Source of the DNA: Bdellovibrionales bacterium
GTDB taxonomy: Bacteria > Bdellovibrionota > Bdellovibrionia > Bdellovibrionales > JAUICD01
Length of the DNA: 64,000 nt
Assembly: GCA_965197425.1 (NCBI GenBank)
Contig: CBDANC010000013.1
Coordinates: 96,001-160,000, forward strand
Reading direction: 5' to 3'
Shown here: positions 33,791-45,436 of the stretch, one piece after another
Numbering within the stretch: position 1 is the first letter of the stretch
Layout: each line of letters begins with the position of its first letter
The notes under the pieces: model-generated
Told to the model about the DNA's origin: nothing
What the model saw: the letters and a program-made list of their open reading frames with translations, nothing else
The model's database searches: none
Made by a program: the position numbers and the translations under genes

Positions 33791-34795
33791 ATGAAAGATA
33801 AAGCTAAAAGCCTGATAATTTTAATCATAATTATGTATACTCCACCAGTATTTGCAAACCCTTGCCTGGATTCCTTAATGAAATCTAGTAACGATCATCA
33901 AATTTTTTCTGCAATTCACAAAAATGACAAAGCCAGGCTTTCTTCGTTGTTGGAGTCTGGGGCTAAAGTGAATATAAGAGAAGGTGGCTTTACACCGTTA
34001 ACGCTGGCTATATATTCGAATAATATAAGTCTTGTAAATACATTACTTGATAACTCAGGTACAGACATAAATCTTCCAAATATTTATGGAGAAACACCTC
34101 TTATATTAGCCGTCAGTTATCTTGATAACATTGAAACAATCAAGAGATTTATAAAACATCCATCAATTGATATAAATAATGCCAAAAATCGACACGGACA
34201 AACCGCTCTGATATTGGCTTCAAGAAATGGAAGGGCAGATATTGTGCGACTACTTCTAGATCATCCTGAAATAGATGTGAATGCTAGTGATAACTATGGG
34301 TTTACATCTTTAATAATGTCAATTACTGGTGGAATAAAGTTCGAATATTTAGTAGAGAGTGACACAGGATACTTAGAAGTTCTAAAGTTATTGTTGGATC
34401 GTGAAGATATAGACGTCAATTATATAGATCATGATAGTCAGTATGATAGATCAGCTCTAATGTGGACAGTGCTTTTAAATCGTTCTTCTGCTTTTTTTAT
34501 AGAATTGCTTAGTGTACCTAACATGGATATAAATGTAAGAAATAACTTTGGCAGAACTGCTCTAATGATGGCCGTCATTCATGGTCAGACAGATACAATC
34601 TTTATAATGTTCCAATTTAAACGGACGCAATTTAGATTACATTTGAAAGACAGAGATAGAAAAACTGTTTTAGATCTGGCGTTTGAAGATCGAAAGCCAG
34701 GGGTTCTGGAATTGTTGGTGGATATTAATAAAAAGCTACAACGTCAATATAGAAAAGAGTTGGGAGTCGTTACCATAAGCCCTCATAGTAAATAA
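33791..34795 (+). CDS. Exported ankyrin repeat protein
   Basis: Signal peptide VFA; GFTPLTLA, GETPLILA, GQTALILASRNG, GRTALMMA. Confidence 0.94.
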   Translation: MKDKAKSLIILIIIMYTPPVFANPCLDSLMKSSNDHQIFSAIHKNDKARLSSLLESGAKVNIREGGFTPLTLAIYSNNISLVNTLLDNSGTDINLPNIYGETPLILAVSYLDNIETIKRFIKHPSIDINNAKNRHGQTALILASRNGRADIVRLLLDHPEIDVNASDNYGFTSLIMSITGGIKFEYLVESDTGYLEVLKLLLDREDIDVNYIDHDSQYDRSALMWTVLLNRSSAFFIELLSVPNMDINVRNNFGRTALMMAVIHGQTDTIFIMFQFKRTQFRLHLKDRDRKTVLDLAFEDRKPGVLELLVDINKKLQRQYRKELGVVTISPHSK

Positions 34796-35080
34796 AGAAG
34801 ATTTCATAACGAAAATATATCAACTCAGGTAATAAAAGATCAAGGCAGTGTTGCTCTACCTATTGTAAAAAACAATTTATCTAACCTTGGCATCGTTGTG
34901 GAATCACAGTCAATACTATTACTTTTAGGTCGTCCTTTACTAGTGTTTTTATCAATAAAAAGGAGTTTGATAAATTTATCCTGAAAAATAAAAAAGTTAT
35001 TTTGAACATCGACATATAAGACAAAGTATAGTGGAAATCATTTTTTTCAGATTTTTAACCTCAAACTAATTGCTGGAGAA

Positions 35081-35226
35081 ACTGACGGACAAACTGTTAG
35101 GTTCAGCTACTCCATAACATCTAACCGACTATATCTATCTTCAGATAATACTACTGGCGCTCCTTTTACATGTGATACGGGAAGTCCTACCATCGTTCTT
35201 GCTAAAATATAGAGTTCTCAAAGTAT
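35081..35226 (+). pseudogene. Orphan diverged 3' end of gene 32705-33310
   Basis: DGQTVRFSYSITSNRLYL..PFTCDTGSPTIVLAKI* plus shared downstream CTCAAAGTATG. Confidence 0.92.
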
Positions 35227-35305
35227 GATTTTCTCTCTTTGTACTTTTTCTAGCATCGCCTGCTAGGAACTTGACTATGTACAATTCACCTGTACACTGC
35301 TCGGC

Positions 35306-35944
35306 GTGAGAATCGTTATAGTACTGCTGTCATGTGTTTTTCTTGCTTCTTGCATCACGCCGCAGACTTCTACGCCTAAGACTGCAAGAACCTTGGGTAA
35401 GGGTAATTGGGAGTTAGACTTAGGTAGTTATATTCCCACTCTCAATCTTTCTGTTTCTAGGGGTTTTAGCGAAAACTTTGATTTAAGACTTGCCGGCGAA
35501 CATGGCCATTCTCTTTTCGTTGTGGGCCTCAATGGTACCTATGCTTTTTTAAATCAACCGGAAGGATTTTCAATTTCAGCAACTGGGGGAATTGCAATCG
35601 GTATTCCTGTAAAAGAAGTCACCACAATAAGCACCTTTCTTGGACCCATTGCCAGTTATAAATTTGGCAAACTAGAGACTTATTTTGTCACAAAAATAGG
35701 CTGGGCAAGTGTTAATGAAGGAAGAGAGGAAGACAGTGACAAAGTAGAAAGTTATTTTGAAAGTTGGGCAGGTGATAACAATGCAACTTACGTGCAATCT
35801 TCTCTCGGATTGAACTTCTGGTTCAACGATAATCATGCGCTTAATGTAAATGCTAATCACTTTTATAGAATTGATATTAATACAGCGAGAGCTGACGATC
35901 CTCATTTTCTTATAGGTGGACTGTCTTACATCTGGAGATTCTAA
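35306..35944 (+). CDS. Putative outer-membrane beta-barrel with lipoprotein-type signal
   Basis: LASC lipobox, TARTLGKG, amphipathic strands, terminal YIWRF. Confidence 0.75.
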   Translation: MRIVIVLLSCVFLASCITPQTSTPKTARTLGKGNWELDLGSYIPTLNLSVSRGFSENFDLRLAGEHGHSLFVVGLNGTYAFLNQPEGFSISATGGIAIGIPVKEVTTISTFLGPIASYKFGKLETYFVTKIGWASVNEGREEDSDKVESYFESWAGDNNATYVQSSLGLNFWFNDNHALNVNANHFYRIDINTARADDPHFLIGGLSYIWRF

Positions 35945-35945
35945 A

Positions 35946-36119
35946 GATAAAAAAACCTGTTTTAGATCTGGCGTTTGAAGATCGAAAGCCAGGGATTCTG
36001 GAATTGTTGGTGGATATTAATAAAAAGCTACAACATCAATATAGAAAAGAGTTGAGAGTTGTTACTATAGGCTCTCATAGTAGATAAAGAAGATTTCATA
36101 ACGAAAATATACAACTCAG
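35946..36119 (+). pseudogene. Orphan near-identical copy of 3' end and trailer of ankyrin gene 33791-34795
   Basis: About 170 bp matching 34657-34828 with scattered substitutions. Confidence 0.93.
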
Positions 36120-36478
36120 CAGGCCCAGTCTCTTTTAGTGCAGTTCCTGATGACTTGGGTATATACATTACCACCTCTCTTCTTAAGACCAAACACAACT
36201 GTTTTACCAAAAGCACCTCTACCTTTTCTTCCACGAACTCGTCTTGCACCAAAGTAACTCTCGTCTAATTCTACTTCTCCAGATTCAAACAAGCCTTTAT
36301 TTTCACAATACTTTGCTATCCTTAGACGAATCTTTTTTAAAATTGAGTTGATTGTATGTATGTTTAAGCTAGTTGCTTGGGCTATTTGAGTGGCAGTTAG
36401 ATCTATGCAAAAATACTTAATAATTTCCCTAAATTTAGCCTCAAAAATGTGGGAGCGTACAAAATACCTGTTGTTCAT
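36116..36478 (-). mobile_element. Truncated IS1595-family (ISXO2/IS1016-like) transposase
   Basis: FCIDLTA, GEVELDESYFG..RGRGAFGKTVVFG; ends before the rest of the DDE core. Confidence 0.88.
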
Positions 36479-36623
36479 AGTTATAACAATAAGTTAACCT
36501 ACATAAAAGTCAACTCAACTAGCTATGAATCTAAATATTCCGATCCTAGATCTTAAGATGTCGTACATTTACTTTTAAGTTGTGTTTTTTGATTATGTAT
36601 TATAGTTTAGCTTCCCTCAAGAA

Positions 36624-37319
36624 TTGAATATTAAAGGAGTTCTTTTTATGAAAAAGTATGTCTTAATGTTGTTTGTAACGAACCTATTATGCAACCCAGC
36701 ACACTCGCAGGATGATAACGATCCGGCAAAGTTGCAGGGTGATGAAGAAGTGGCTTATGAGACTCAAAAGAAGTACAGCGTTTACGGTTTTTTTGGCCAT
36801 GATTTTTCAGGTACTTCTGACTTTAGCCCTCATTCTATTTTAGGAATTGAAAGTTATAGTAAGAGTCAACAGTGGTCAGTTAATGCAGAACTTACCCACC
36901 ACTTCAAATCTTCAACCTGTTCTGAATTGTATGGGTGTGGACCTGATCCTTGGGAAAATGAGGAAGGTTCTGAAGATCAAGATGGTGACCTGCCTTACAA
37001 GACCAATTCTTTTTCCCTGCTCTTAGGTGGCACTCGTTATCTGGGCAATCCAAATGAATCTGCTGTTTATTTCTTGATGAGATTCGGAATATCCTTCAGT
37101 TCCGGAAGAGTTGATGGGTTTTTAGATGATTCAGCTATTTCCCCTGCATTCCAGATGGGATTGGGTGTAAGTCACACATTTAGCAATATTGTAAATATTG
37201 GTGCAGAATATAGATTTGGTGGCGGTCCGGGAGCTAAATATGAAACCAATGGTGGAACTGAAGTACGAGATTCACTCGAATTGGCAACATTTGGCTTGGT
37301 CTTAGGAATAAAATTTTAG
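36624..37319 (+). CDS. Outer-membrane beta-barrel protein (probable start 36648)
   Basis: Signal peptide, AFQMGLGVS, IGAEYRF, terminal LGIKF. Confidence 0.8.
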   Translation: MNIKGVLFMKKYVLMLFVTNLLCNPAHSQDDNDPAKLQGDEEVAYETQKKYSVYGFFGHDFSGTSDFSPHSILGIESYSKSQQWSVNAELTHHFKSSTCSELYGCGPDPWENEEGSEDQDGDLPYKTNSFSLLLGGTRYLGNPNESAVYFLMRFGISFSSGRVDGFLDDSAISPAFQMGLGVSHTFSNIVNIGAEYRFGGGPGAKYETNGGTEVRDSLELATFGLVLGIKF

Positions 37320-37332
37320 TAGTGGTTTAAGC

Positions 37333-37614
37333 TTAGAAGAATTTATAAATGTCTTTTCTGTGACCTAACCTAATAATTCTAATTACAAGAACCGACTCCT
37401 GTGGTGTGTAAACAATTCTGTAGTCCCCTACTCTAATTCTATAGTGATTAGTATGGCCTCGAATCTTCTTAAAATTTAAAATGTTATTAAATGGTGAAAT
37501 GCTAAGGATTTTTAGAGATTCATCAATTCTTTCTCGAGATCTCTTTGGTATTTTCCTGTATTCTTTGTAAGCCGATTTTTGAAAAACAATTGACCATCTA
37601 GTGGGCCTAGGCAT
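37333..37614 (-). CDS. RelE/ParE family toxin
   Basis: SAYKEYRKIP, KKIRG..YRIRVGDYRIVY, LGHRKDIYK. Confidence 0.93.
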   Translation of the reverse strand: MPRPTRWSIVFQKSAYKEYRKIPKRSRERIDESLKILSISPFNNILNFKKIRGHTNHYRIRVGDYRIVYTPQESVLVIRIIRLGHRKDIYKFF

Positions 37615-37837
37615 TTGCTTTCCACTTAATAACTTCTTCTAATTCTCTTTCAGAAATTATAGCCTTATCCATTTCGTCTTCTATATACTCCAAAACAGCC
37701 TGTTCAATCAGGTGATTGATTTTGATTCCTCTAGCTTTTGAAAACCTAACAATCAAATCCTTTGTCTCTTTGGTCAAACTAGTTGAAAAAGCTACCGTCC
37801 CACTATCTTTGCCTTTAGTGTCTTTGGTTTTAATAAT
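37607..37837 (-). CDS. RHH-type antitoxin with probable ATT start
   Basis: Not in ORF track; TVAFSTSLTKETKDLIVRFSKARGIKINHLIEQAVLEYIEDEMD; GAGG RBS before ATT ATT; overlaps toxin start. Confidence 0.8.
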   Translation of the reverse strand: MIKTKDTKGKDSGTVAFSTSLTKETKDLIVRFSKARGIKINHLIEQAVLEYIEDEMDKAIISERELEEVIKWKANA

Positions 37838-38021
37838 CCACCTCGTAAATCAATTTAAAAAAATAAATATCAATTTTTTTCTTTAAAATCAAGAATTACT
37901 TTTGTGCGAAAAGGTCCGGAACAACCTAATTGGAAACTTATTTTCTTAAACAAGTATTTTGATACATGGGAAAAATGGTGTTTGATCCATCTGAGGTCAG
38001 GTCTACCGAAAATCTGGTAAG

Positions 38022-38098
<77 letters not shown>

Positions 38099-38345
38099 AA
38101 TCTTTTTTATTGACCTCGCTCCAAAAAATCTAAATAGCTTGCTTGATAGTTAATCCAAACTGCCAAGCCATATGATCGTAAAATCACATGGATTGACCTG
38201 AAATGAGCTTAGAACTTTTATTTCTCTCTAACAAACCCTCCTTAAGTCTAATGACCGGAAAGTCCAGTGAGTGACAAATTTTGTCACACCCAATTTTATG
38301 GGTGACAAATTTTGTCCATAAAAAGTTTAAGCTAAAGGTTCCTTA

Positions 38346-39865
<1,520 letters not shown>

Positions 39866-40090
39866 AAAAGTTTGCTAGATAACTTCATGCTACATATACG
39901 CAAAAGCACACACACAACAACGAAGTCTCTGGCTATTAAAATAAATTGACAGTTCTTCTTAACTATCTATTACAAGCTATTTAGATTTTGCAGAACGAAG
40001 CTCCAAGGAACAAAAAACCCCAACCTTAAAAGCCAGTTAAAGCCCTCCCTCAGAAACCCATCTTGTCCGTAGACAGAATGGCCAACGGCT

Positions 40091-40119
40091 AAGCTACAAC
40101 CCTCCCACATCAAGGTCAA
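40091..40119 (-). promoter_or_regulatory. Sigma-70 promoter of 16S-tRNA-Ile unit
   Basis: TTGACC-N17-TAGCTT followed by GC-rich discriminator. Confidence 0.65.
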
Positions 40120-40271
40120 TAGTATTTTGTCTTTTTTATAAACCCTCTTTTGTAAAAGTTATTTTTTTCCCGTATATGGCTACCCGGAATAAGAACACGG
40201 TCGTCTGCAATTTCCAAATAAATGCGAATAAATTGACAGGTTGTAAATAGTTTATTACCCCCCCCCCATGT

Positions 40272-41063
40272 GTGTTAAGATTTTTTTCATCCACATGCTG
40301 TGGAGAGGTAACTAGGTTGCTGTTAATGGAATACAAAAAATCAATTTTTAATGTTGTTTTAGCGAGTGTTTTATTTCTGGTTTTTTTGAAAACCGCTGCT
40401 GCTGAAAATGGGGATATAAAATATAGACTTGCTTTGGATATGACCCGGCCTAAGCCCGTAAACGTTGATCAGCCAATTGATCAAAATGAAAGACTTGCCT
40501 TCGAAAGTGTGGAGATTGGTGAAGAGACGGTGAGCTTGAAAGAAATTTCTAAGACTAGATATATTGTTGGAGGTCTAGTAGCAACCCTACCACTTAGTGG
40601 AATGATCTTGTTTGATCATCTTAGAAGTAGTAGAGAACATCAGGTTTTTGCAAAACTGGAGAGTTTTAGTACTTATTCCACTATGCTATCACCAGGGCTT
40701 GGTCATATCATTCAAGGTAGGTGGAAAGGTAAAGGGCAGATTTTTACCTTTGGTCAGCTTGCTGCCCTTGCTGCAATGAGAATAGATCGCAATTTATGTT
40801 TAAATGAGAGAAAAAACAAGGAGTCTGACGGTCTTTTTGGTTGGCTTGACTGCGTCTTTCCGAAACTCTCATCTGTTTCATTTCTCTTTGGTATGGCGTT
40901 TGCAGCTCTAAAAACTTGGGAAATTATAGATATTTGGTTTCCTAGTAGGAGCAAATATACTATTGGATCAAAAAATAACAAAAAAGTGGGCTTTGCAATT
41001 TTGCCGTTTAAAAATACAGCAAATGGCTCAGGTTTGAGGTTAGCTTTCTCCCTCTCTTACTGA
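40272..41063 (+). CDS. Hypothetical exported/membrane protein (probable start 40326)
   Basis: Signal peptide, PGLGHIIQGRW motif, hydrophobic segments, terminal beta-strand. Confidence 0.75.
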   Translation: MLRFFSSTCCGEVTRLLLMEYKKSIFNVVLASVLFLVFLKTAAAENGDIKYRLALDMTRPKPVNVDQPIDQNERLAFESVEIGEETVSLKEISKTRYIVGGLVATLPLSGMILFDHLRSSREHQVFAKLESFSTYSTMLSPGLGHIIQGRWKGKGQIFTFGQLAALAAMRIDRNLCLNERKNKESDGLFGWLDCVFPKLSSVSFLFGMAFAALKTWEIIDIWFPSRSKYTIGSKNNKKVGFAILPFKNTANGSGLRLAFSLSY

Positions 41064-41193
41064 TTTAAAAATAAAACTTTAGATACTTTTTTCATTGCTT
41101 TGATAAATTTCTTTTCGTTAAAAAATGATGGCTTTTTGTCATTTTTCCCTCTTCGAAGACCTCCTAAATTTCTCTAATTTCAACTACAAGTGG

Positions 41194-41209
41194 TGGCATT
41201 ACAATTGCA
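41194..41209 (+). promoter_or_regulatory. Sigma-54 (-24/-12) promoter candidate
   Basis: TGGCAT-N5-TTGCA upstream of ankyrin gene 41335. Confidence 0.6.
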
Positions 41210-41307
41210 AAATCAATTTTTTTGTTGTATAATGGGTACTCAGTCGTGCTCTTCTGGCATAGCACGTTCCTTCGGGTAATCTAAAAACATATTTTTTAAT
41301 TATCCAA
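41207..41307. repeat. Diverged copy of 61873-61973 (5' end and upstream of Ppx/GppA gene)
   Basis: Shared GCAAAA.CAATTTTTTTGTTGTA and TAAAAACATATTTTTTAATTATCCAA at identical spacing. Confidence 0.85.
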
Positions 41308-41334
41308 TAAGTTAGCATATCAATTTTATAAACA

Positions 41335-42474
41335 ATGGAATTTCTAATGACTAAATTTTTTAAAAAAATAGCTATTTTAATAACAATATCTTTACCGTTA
41401 AGTGGCCTGGCTCAAACTAACGGACTGATAGGTGCTATAGAAGAAGGTGATATAGAAAAAGTAAGCTCTATTCTTAGCGAAGGGGTGGATGTTAATGCCG
41501 CAGAGGAAAGATCTGATTTTGATACCCCATTAATAAAGGCTGTTCAGAATAATGCGGTAGAAATAGTAAAGTTGCTTTTGGAAAACCCAGCTATACAAGT
41601 GAACAAACAAAACAAGTGGAAACAATCTCCACTTATTTTTGCAAACATGGAAGGCAACATAGAAATTGTAAAACTACTACTCGAGGTACCAAGCTTAGAT
41701 ACTGAAGTAAGGGATGTTTTTCAAAACAATATTTTAATGGTCGCAAGTTCGTATGGCCATGCCGAACTGGTCAGATTATATTTAGGTTTGCCAGAACTAA
41801 AGCTCAATATTAATGAACAAAATTATGCAGAAAATACTGCTCTAATGTTGGCCTCTCGCTATGGACATTCGGATGTTGCAGCTCTTTTGCTAAAAGATCC
41901 AGATATAGATGTTAATTTAACCAATGATTCCGAGGAAACCGCCCTGATAGTTGCAAGCACTAATGCAAGCGCAGACATTGTAAGACAGCTTGTTAATATG
42001 CCTGATACCAAATTAGATGCTGTAGACAAGGATGGAAATACTGCTTTAATTTATGCAAGCAGATATGGATATGCCCATACGTTAAATTATCTTTTAAGTG
42101 CTGAGAATAAAGATCATTTAAACTTAAGGGATGAGCGTAGCTTTACTCCTCTGATGTGGGCGATAAAAAATGATTATCTGGACGCTGCTATAGTTCTTGT
42201 AAGATATGGTGTGGATGCAAATTTACAGGATGCTGAGGGAAATACTGCACTAATGTTAGCGTGTTACAAGAACGATTTTACCATGGTAGATCTGTTATTG
42301 GGTATAGAAAACATTAATGTAGATATAAGAAATAACCTTGGCCTCACTGCACTTGAGGTAGCCGGAAGAACAATTAATCCCAGACACGGAATTTCATTAT
42401 ATGAATTTATGTCCACTAGAATAGAATTTATCGAACATCAACGTCAAATTGGCATCTCTAAACCAAAAAAGTAA
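41335..42474 (+). CDS. Exported ankyrin repeat protein
   Basis: Signal peptide; about 10 repeats such as NTALMLASRYGH, GNTALIYAS. Confidence 0.95.
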   Translation: MEFLMTKFFKKIAILITISLPLSGLAQTNGLIGAIEEGDIEKVSSILSEGVDVNAAEERSDFDTPLIKAVQNNAVEIVKLLLENPAIQVNKQNKWKQSPLIFANMEGNIEIVKLLLEVPSLDTEVRDVFQNNILMVASSYGHAELVRLYLGLPELKLNINEQNYAENTALMLASRYGHSDVAALLLKDPDIDVNLTNDSEETALIVASTNASADIVRQLVNMPDTKLDAVDKDGNTALIYASRYGYAHTLNYLLSAENKDHLNLRDERSFTPLMWAIKNDYLDAAIVLVRYGVDANLQDAEGNTALMLACYKNDFTMVDLLLGIENINVDIRNNLGLTALEVAGRTINPRHGISLYEFMSTRIEFIEHQRQIGISKPKK

Positions 42475-42564
42475 AATCCCTTTCATTAGAATAGTTGAAT
42501 GGCACCGAAGCTTGGTGGAACACAGGATGGACATTCTCTTTTTTGATAAAATTACAGCTAGTTA

Positions 42565-44142
42565 CTACTGCTTATTCACTCTGTGCAGCTCACTGTAGTT
42601 AGAAGCATCTTTTATTGTGTATTGTAGTGCATCTGACGAATTAGATCTATAACTACCTAATCCAATTAGCATATCATTACTTTCTGATACATTATCACAA
42701 AAGTTATATAACAGATACAGATGTTCAAACACATCATCTTCGCATACATCAGATTTCGATATAACCTCATTTGAGCTGAAAAAAGGTAGTCTAATATGAT
42801 TTCCATCACACATGATGGTGCCGTATAAAAACATATCATCATCAATCCCTCCATACCCATAGCCAGTAAAGTTCCGTGAACTACCAGTTGCATAGTTTGC
42901 ATAGTTATGATTGAGGCTTAAATTGTGGCCAATTTCATGTGCTAGGGTGGATGAAAATTCTTCCATTTCAACAGAAGTTTGGGGTTCTGCTTGAGGCCAA
43001 AATTTTAGCACATACCTACTAACAGCGTTAAAATCTAAACTGCCAACTGAACTCCAACGTGATGAAAAATGTGCATCATAACGGATTTGTCTCGTATCTG
43101 AGATTCCGAATACCCATTCACTATCGTTGTTGTAAGCATAGTCGTGTAGTCCATATATCAAATCTGCACCAGTGTCATTTTGAATTCTTGGCACTAACTC
43201 TTTAAGAACATGAAGACCATCATCACCAGACAGGCCATCTAAATCTACAGGACAGTTTAGGTAGTTTTTATACTCCGAAAATGCTTTCACGGCTTTAGCA
43301 TTAAACCGCACATTTACACCAGAGTTTTGATAAATCTTATTAACTTTGGGTAAGATTCTTTCATTTAAGAGTTGTTCCCAAGTTTCTAGGTCATGGTAAT
43401 TCAAGTGGTTTTCAGAAATGACAAATGCAATATCTATGTTATAGGTTATCTTAGGATCAGCTTTGGGTGTTTTAGGGGTAAAATTTATGATCATTTCCTG
43501 GCTATAAGGATCAATATTATATTCCACCGCATTAGTTGCATCAAAGGCAGAACAGGAGTCTGGATAATAAGTTACAAAAAACTCTGTATATATTATTTCA
43601 CGGAGAGAAAATCCACCGTCACCAACAATATTGTCAACTTCATCTTTTGAAGTAAAATTTTTTATAGTAATACTATGTGGTGCCATCAAACTCCATTCAG
43701 CATAGTAGTACGCTTTTGTGTCGGGTGGATTTATTGTAATAGTTGTTTTGTTTCCTGAATTGCTAAATTCTACTTTAGACAAATCAACAGGACCAGATTG
43801 AGTTGCTAAATCGGTGTCATAGGATCTCCTAAAATGTGGCCGTATTTCAATCATTTTCAGAAGATTTTCTTTAGTTAAATCAAAATATTCACCTTCATCT
43901 GTTACATATACTACTTCAGAATCAAAATATATCTTTATGACAGTTGTTGGATCACCATTTGGATGTAATAACTCAGCTCCTCCTTTTGGAGTAAAAGTAA
44001 AAAGATGATCTGGCGTTGGATCAAGTTGACTGTCTATCTCATCTTCATCCTCAAAAACATAATATTCGTTTTCAAGTGAAAAAGATTGAACTGATAACAA
44101 TAAGGACGCTAGAAAAATAAAAGTTTTCGATAAAGTATTCAT
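42565..44142 (-). CDS. Exported metzincin (reprolysin-like) zinc metalloprotease
   Basis: HEIGHNLSLNH zinc motif and YGTIM Met-turn; GADL motif. Confidence 0.85.
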   Translation of the reverse strand: MNTLSKTFIFLASLLLSVQSFSLENEYYVFEDEDEIDSQLDPTPDHLFTFTPKGGAELLHPNGDPTTVIKIYFDSEVVYVTDEGEYFDLTKENLLKMIEIRPHFRRSYDTDLATQSGPVDLSKVEFSNSGNKTTITINPPDTKAYYYAEWSLMAPHSITIKNFTSKDEVDNIVGDGGFSLREIIYTEFFVTYYPDSCSAFDATNAVEYNIDPYSQEMIINFTPKTPKADPKITYNIDIAFVISENHLNYHDLETWEQLLNERILPKVNKIYQNSGVNVRFNAKAVKAFSEYKNYLNCPVDLDGLSGDDGLHVLKELVPRIQNDTGADLIYGLHDYAYNNDSEWVFGISDTRQIRYDAHFSSRWSSVGSLDFNAVSRYVLKFWPQAEPQTSVEMEEFSSTLAHEIGHNLSLNHNYANYATGSSRNFTGYGYGGIDDDMFLYGTIMCDGNHIRLPFFSSNEVISKSDVCEDDVFEHLYLLYNFCDNVSESNDMLIGLGSYRSNSSDALQYTIKDASNYSELHRVNKQ

Positions 44143-44277
44143 AGTGAAAATAGGTTTTTTGGTCTGTCATTTAAGATAACCTACTCAGGTTATTGTACCA
44201 AAAAATACAAACTATATCCACAGTAATATTTACATTTTTTATTCCATCTTTTGTCAATTTCAACAATATTAAAAATA

Positions 44278-45273
44278 TCAACTAGTTAAATTTTGGGTGG
44301 AGGAAGTGGCCTTTAATACAAGGTTAGTTAAAAATATATCATCAGGTACATAAGAAGACTTCATCTTAACATCAGTCTCAAATAATAAATCATAAATCCC
44401 CTTCAAATCATCCATATCCCAACTATCACTTTCTCTAATATAATCCCTTAGAAAATAACGGGGTACTCCTACCAAAGACGACAACTCAGCATCAGTTGCA
44501 TTCTTTTCCTCTTTTAAGAGAATAAGAATTCTAAAGTGTCTTTTTATAAGTGCTAGGATACCTATAGGGTTTGAATCGGAATTAAGTAAAATTTCATTCA
44601 ACATATGTAAAGCCTTGCGTCTATTTTTCGAAACCAGATATTTTGAAAAATTAAATATACTATCAGTGGTTAGTTTAGAACAAGCCATATGTATATCTTG
44701 GATTTCTATGGTCTCCTTTGTCCCTACGAAGTTGACCAACTTCATTATTTCATTATCTAGGCAATACATATTATTCCCAACCACCCTTAGTAAGCTTTTG
44801 GATGCGTCTAATTCTACCCTTTTATGCTCATTAAATTTTTTGTGTACCCAAGTTAGCAGTTTATCTTCTTTTAAGTAACTAAACTCTACAACCAATCCAT
44901 GTTTAATTACCGATTTAAAAAAGTTTTTTCTTAAATCAATTTTATAACCTGTCAATACCAACACTGTTGTGGAACTTATGTTTTCTAGCTCATCTTTTAA
45001 TTCATTCAAATAAGTACATGACTCTATATCCTTAATTACCACCACTCTTTTGTGGGACATAATAGGCAAGGTATTGATACTTGATATAACCTTTTGGTTG
45101 TCTGCATCAGAGTAAAAAGCATCCACATTAAAATCACTCGAACTTGTTCCAAGTGCATTCTCTATAATTAACCTGATACTTTTATGGACTAGGTATCTTT
45201 CCTCTCCATAAATGCAAAAAAGGTTAGCACTTTTTATTTTGTTGAAAAATTCTTTACTACTTACTTTGGGCAT
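44278..45273 (-). CDS. holA: DNA polymerase III delta subunit
   Basis: IYGEERYL, NTLPIMSHKRVVVIKD, LDNEIMKL, SIFNF, TDVKMKSS. Confidence 0.9.
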   Translation of the reverse strand: MPKVSSKEFFNKIKSANLFCIYGEERYLVHKSIRLIIENALGTSSSDFNVDAFYSDADNQKVISSINTLPIMSHKRVVVIKDIESCTYLNELKDELENISSTTVLVLTGYKIDLRKNFFKSVIKHGLVVEFSYLKEDKLLTWVHKKFNEHKRVELDASKSLLRVVGNNMYCLDNEIMKLVNFVGTKETIEIQDIHMACSKLTTDSIFNFSKYLVSKNRRKALHMLNEILLNSDSNPIGILALIKRHFRILILLKEEKNATDAELSSLVGVPRYFLRDYIRESDSWDMDDLKGIYDLLFETDVKMKSSYVPDDIFLTNLVLKATSSTQNLTS

Positions 45274-45436
45274 AAAAACTCACAATTGCGATTTATATAA
45301 ACACCTAACTTAAATAAATAAGTTTTTCAAGTGAGAGATTCTGTATTTAAATCCAAAACTTGCTTTGTAGAGGTATCAGTGTTGAGGACAAAATTATGGT
45401 GTTGACAGGGTTAAAATACAGTTTAATATTTAGATC

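Noticed and set aside
36116..36535. IS1595 as an active element that split the rRNA operon
   Set aside because: Transposase is truncated, internal to the island, and no paired ends or target duplication seen
31743..37837. Integron-like cassette array
   Set aside because: No integron integrase and no recurring attC-like structure found by eye; repeats are gene-end copies. IntegronFinder would settle it
31262..38021. tRNA-Ala expected with tRNA-Ile in the ITS
   Set aside because: No second cloverleaf recognised; tRNAscan-SE needed to confirm absence
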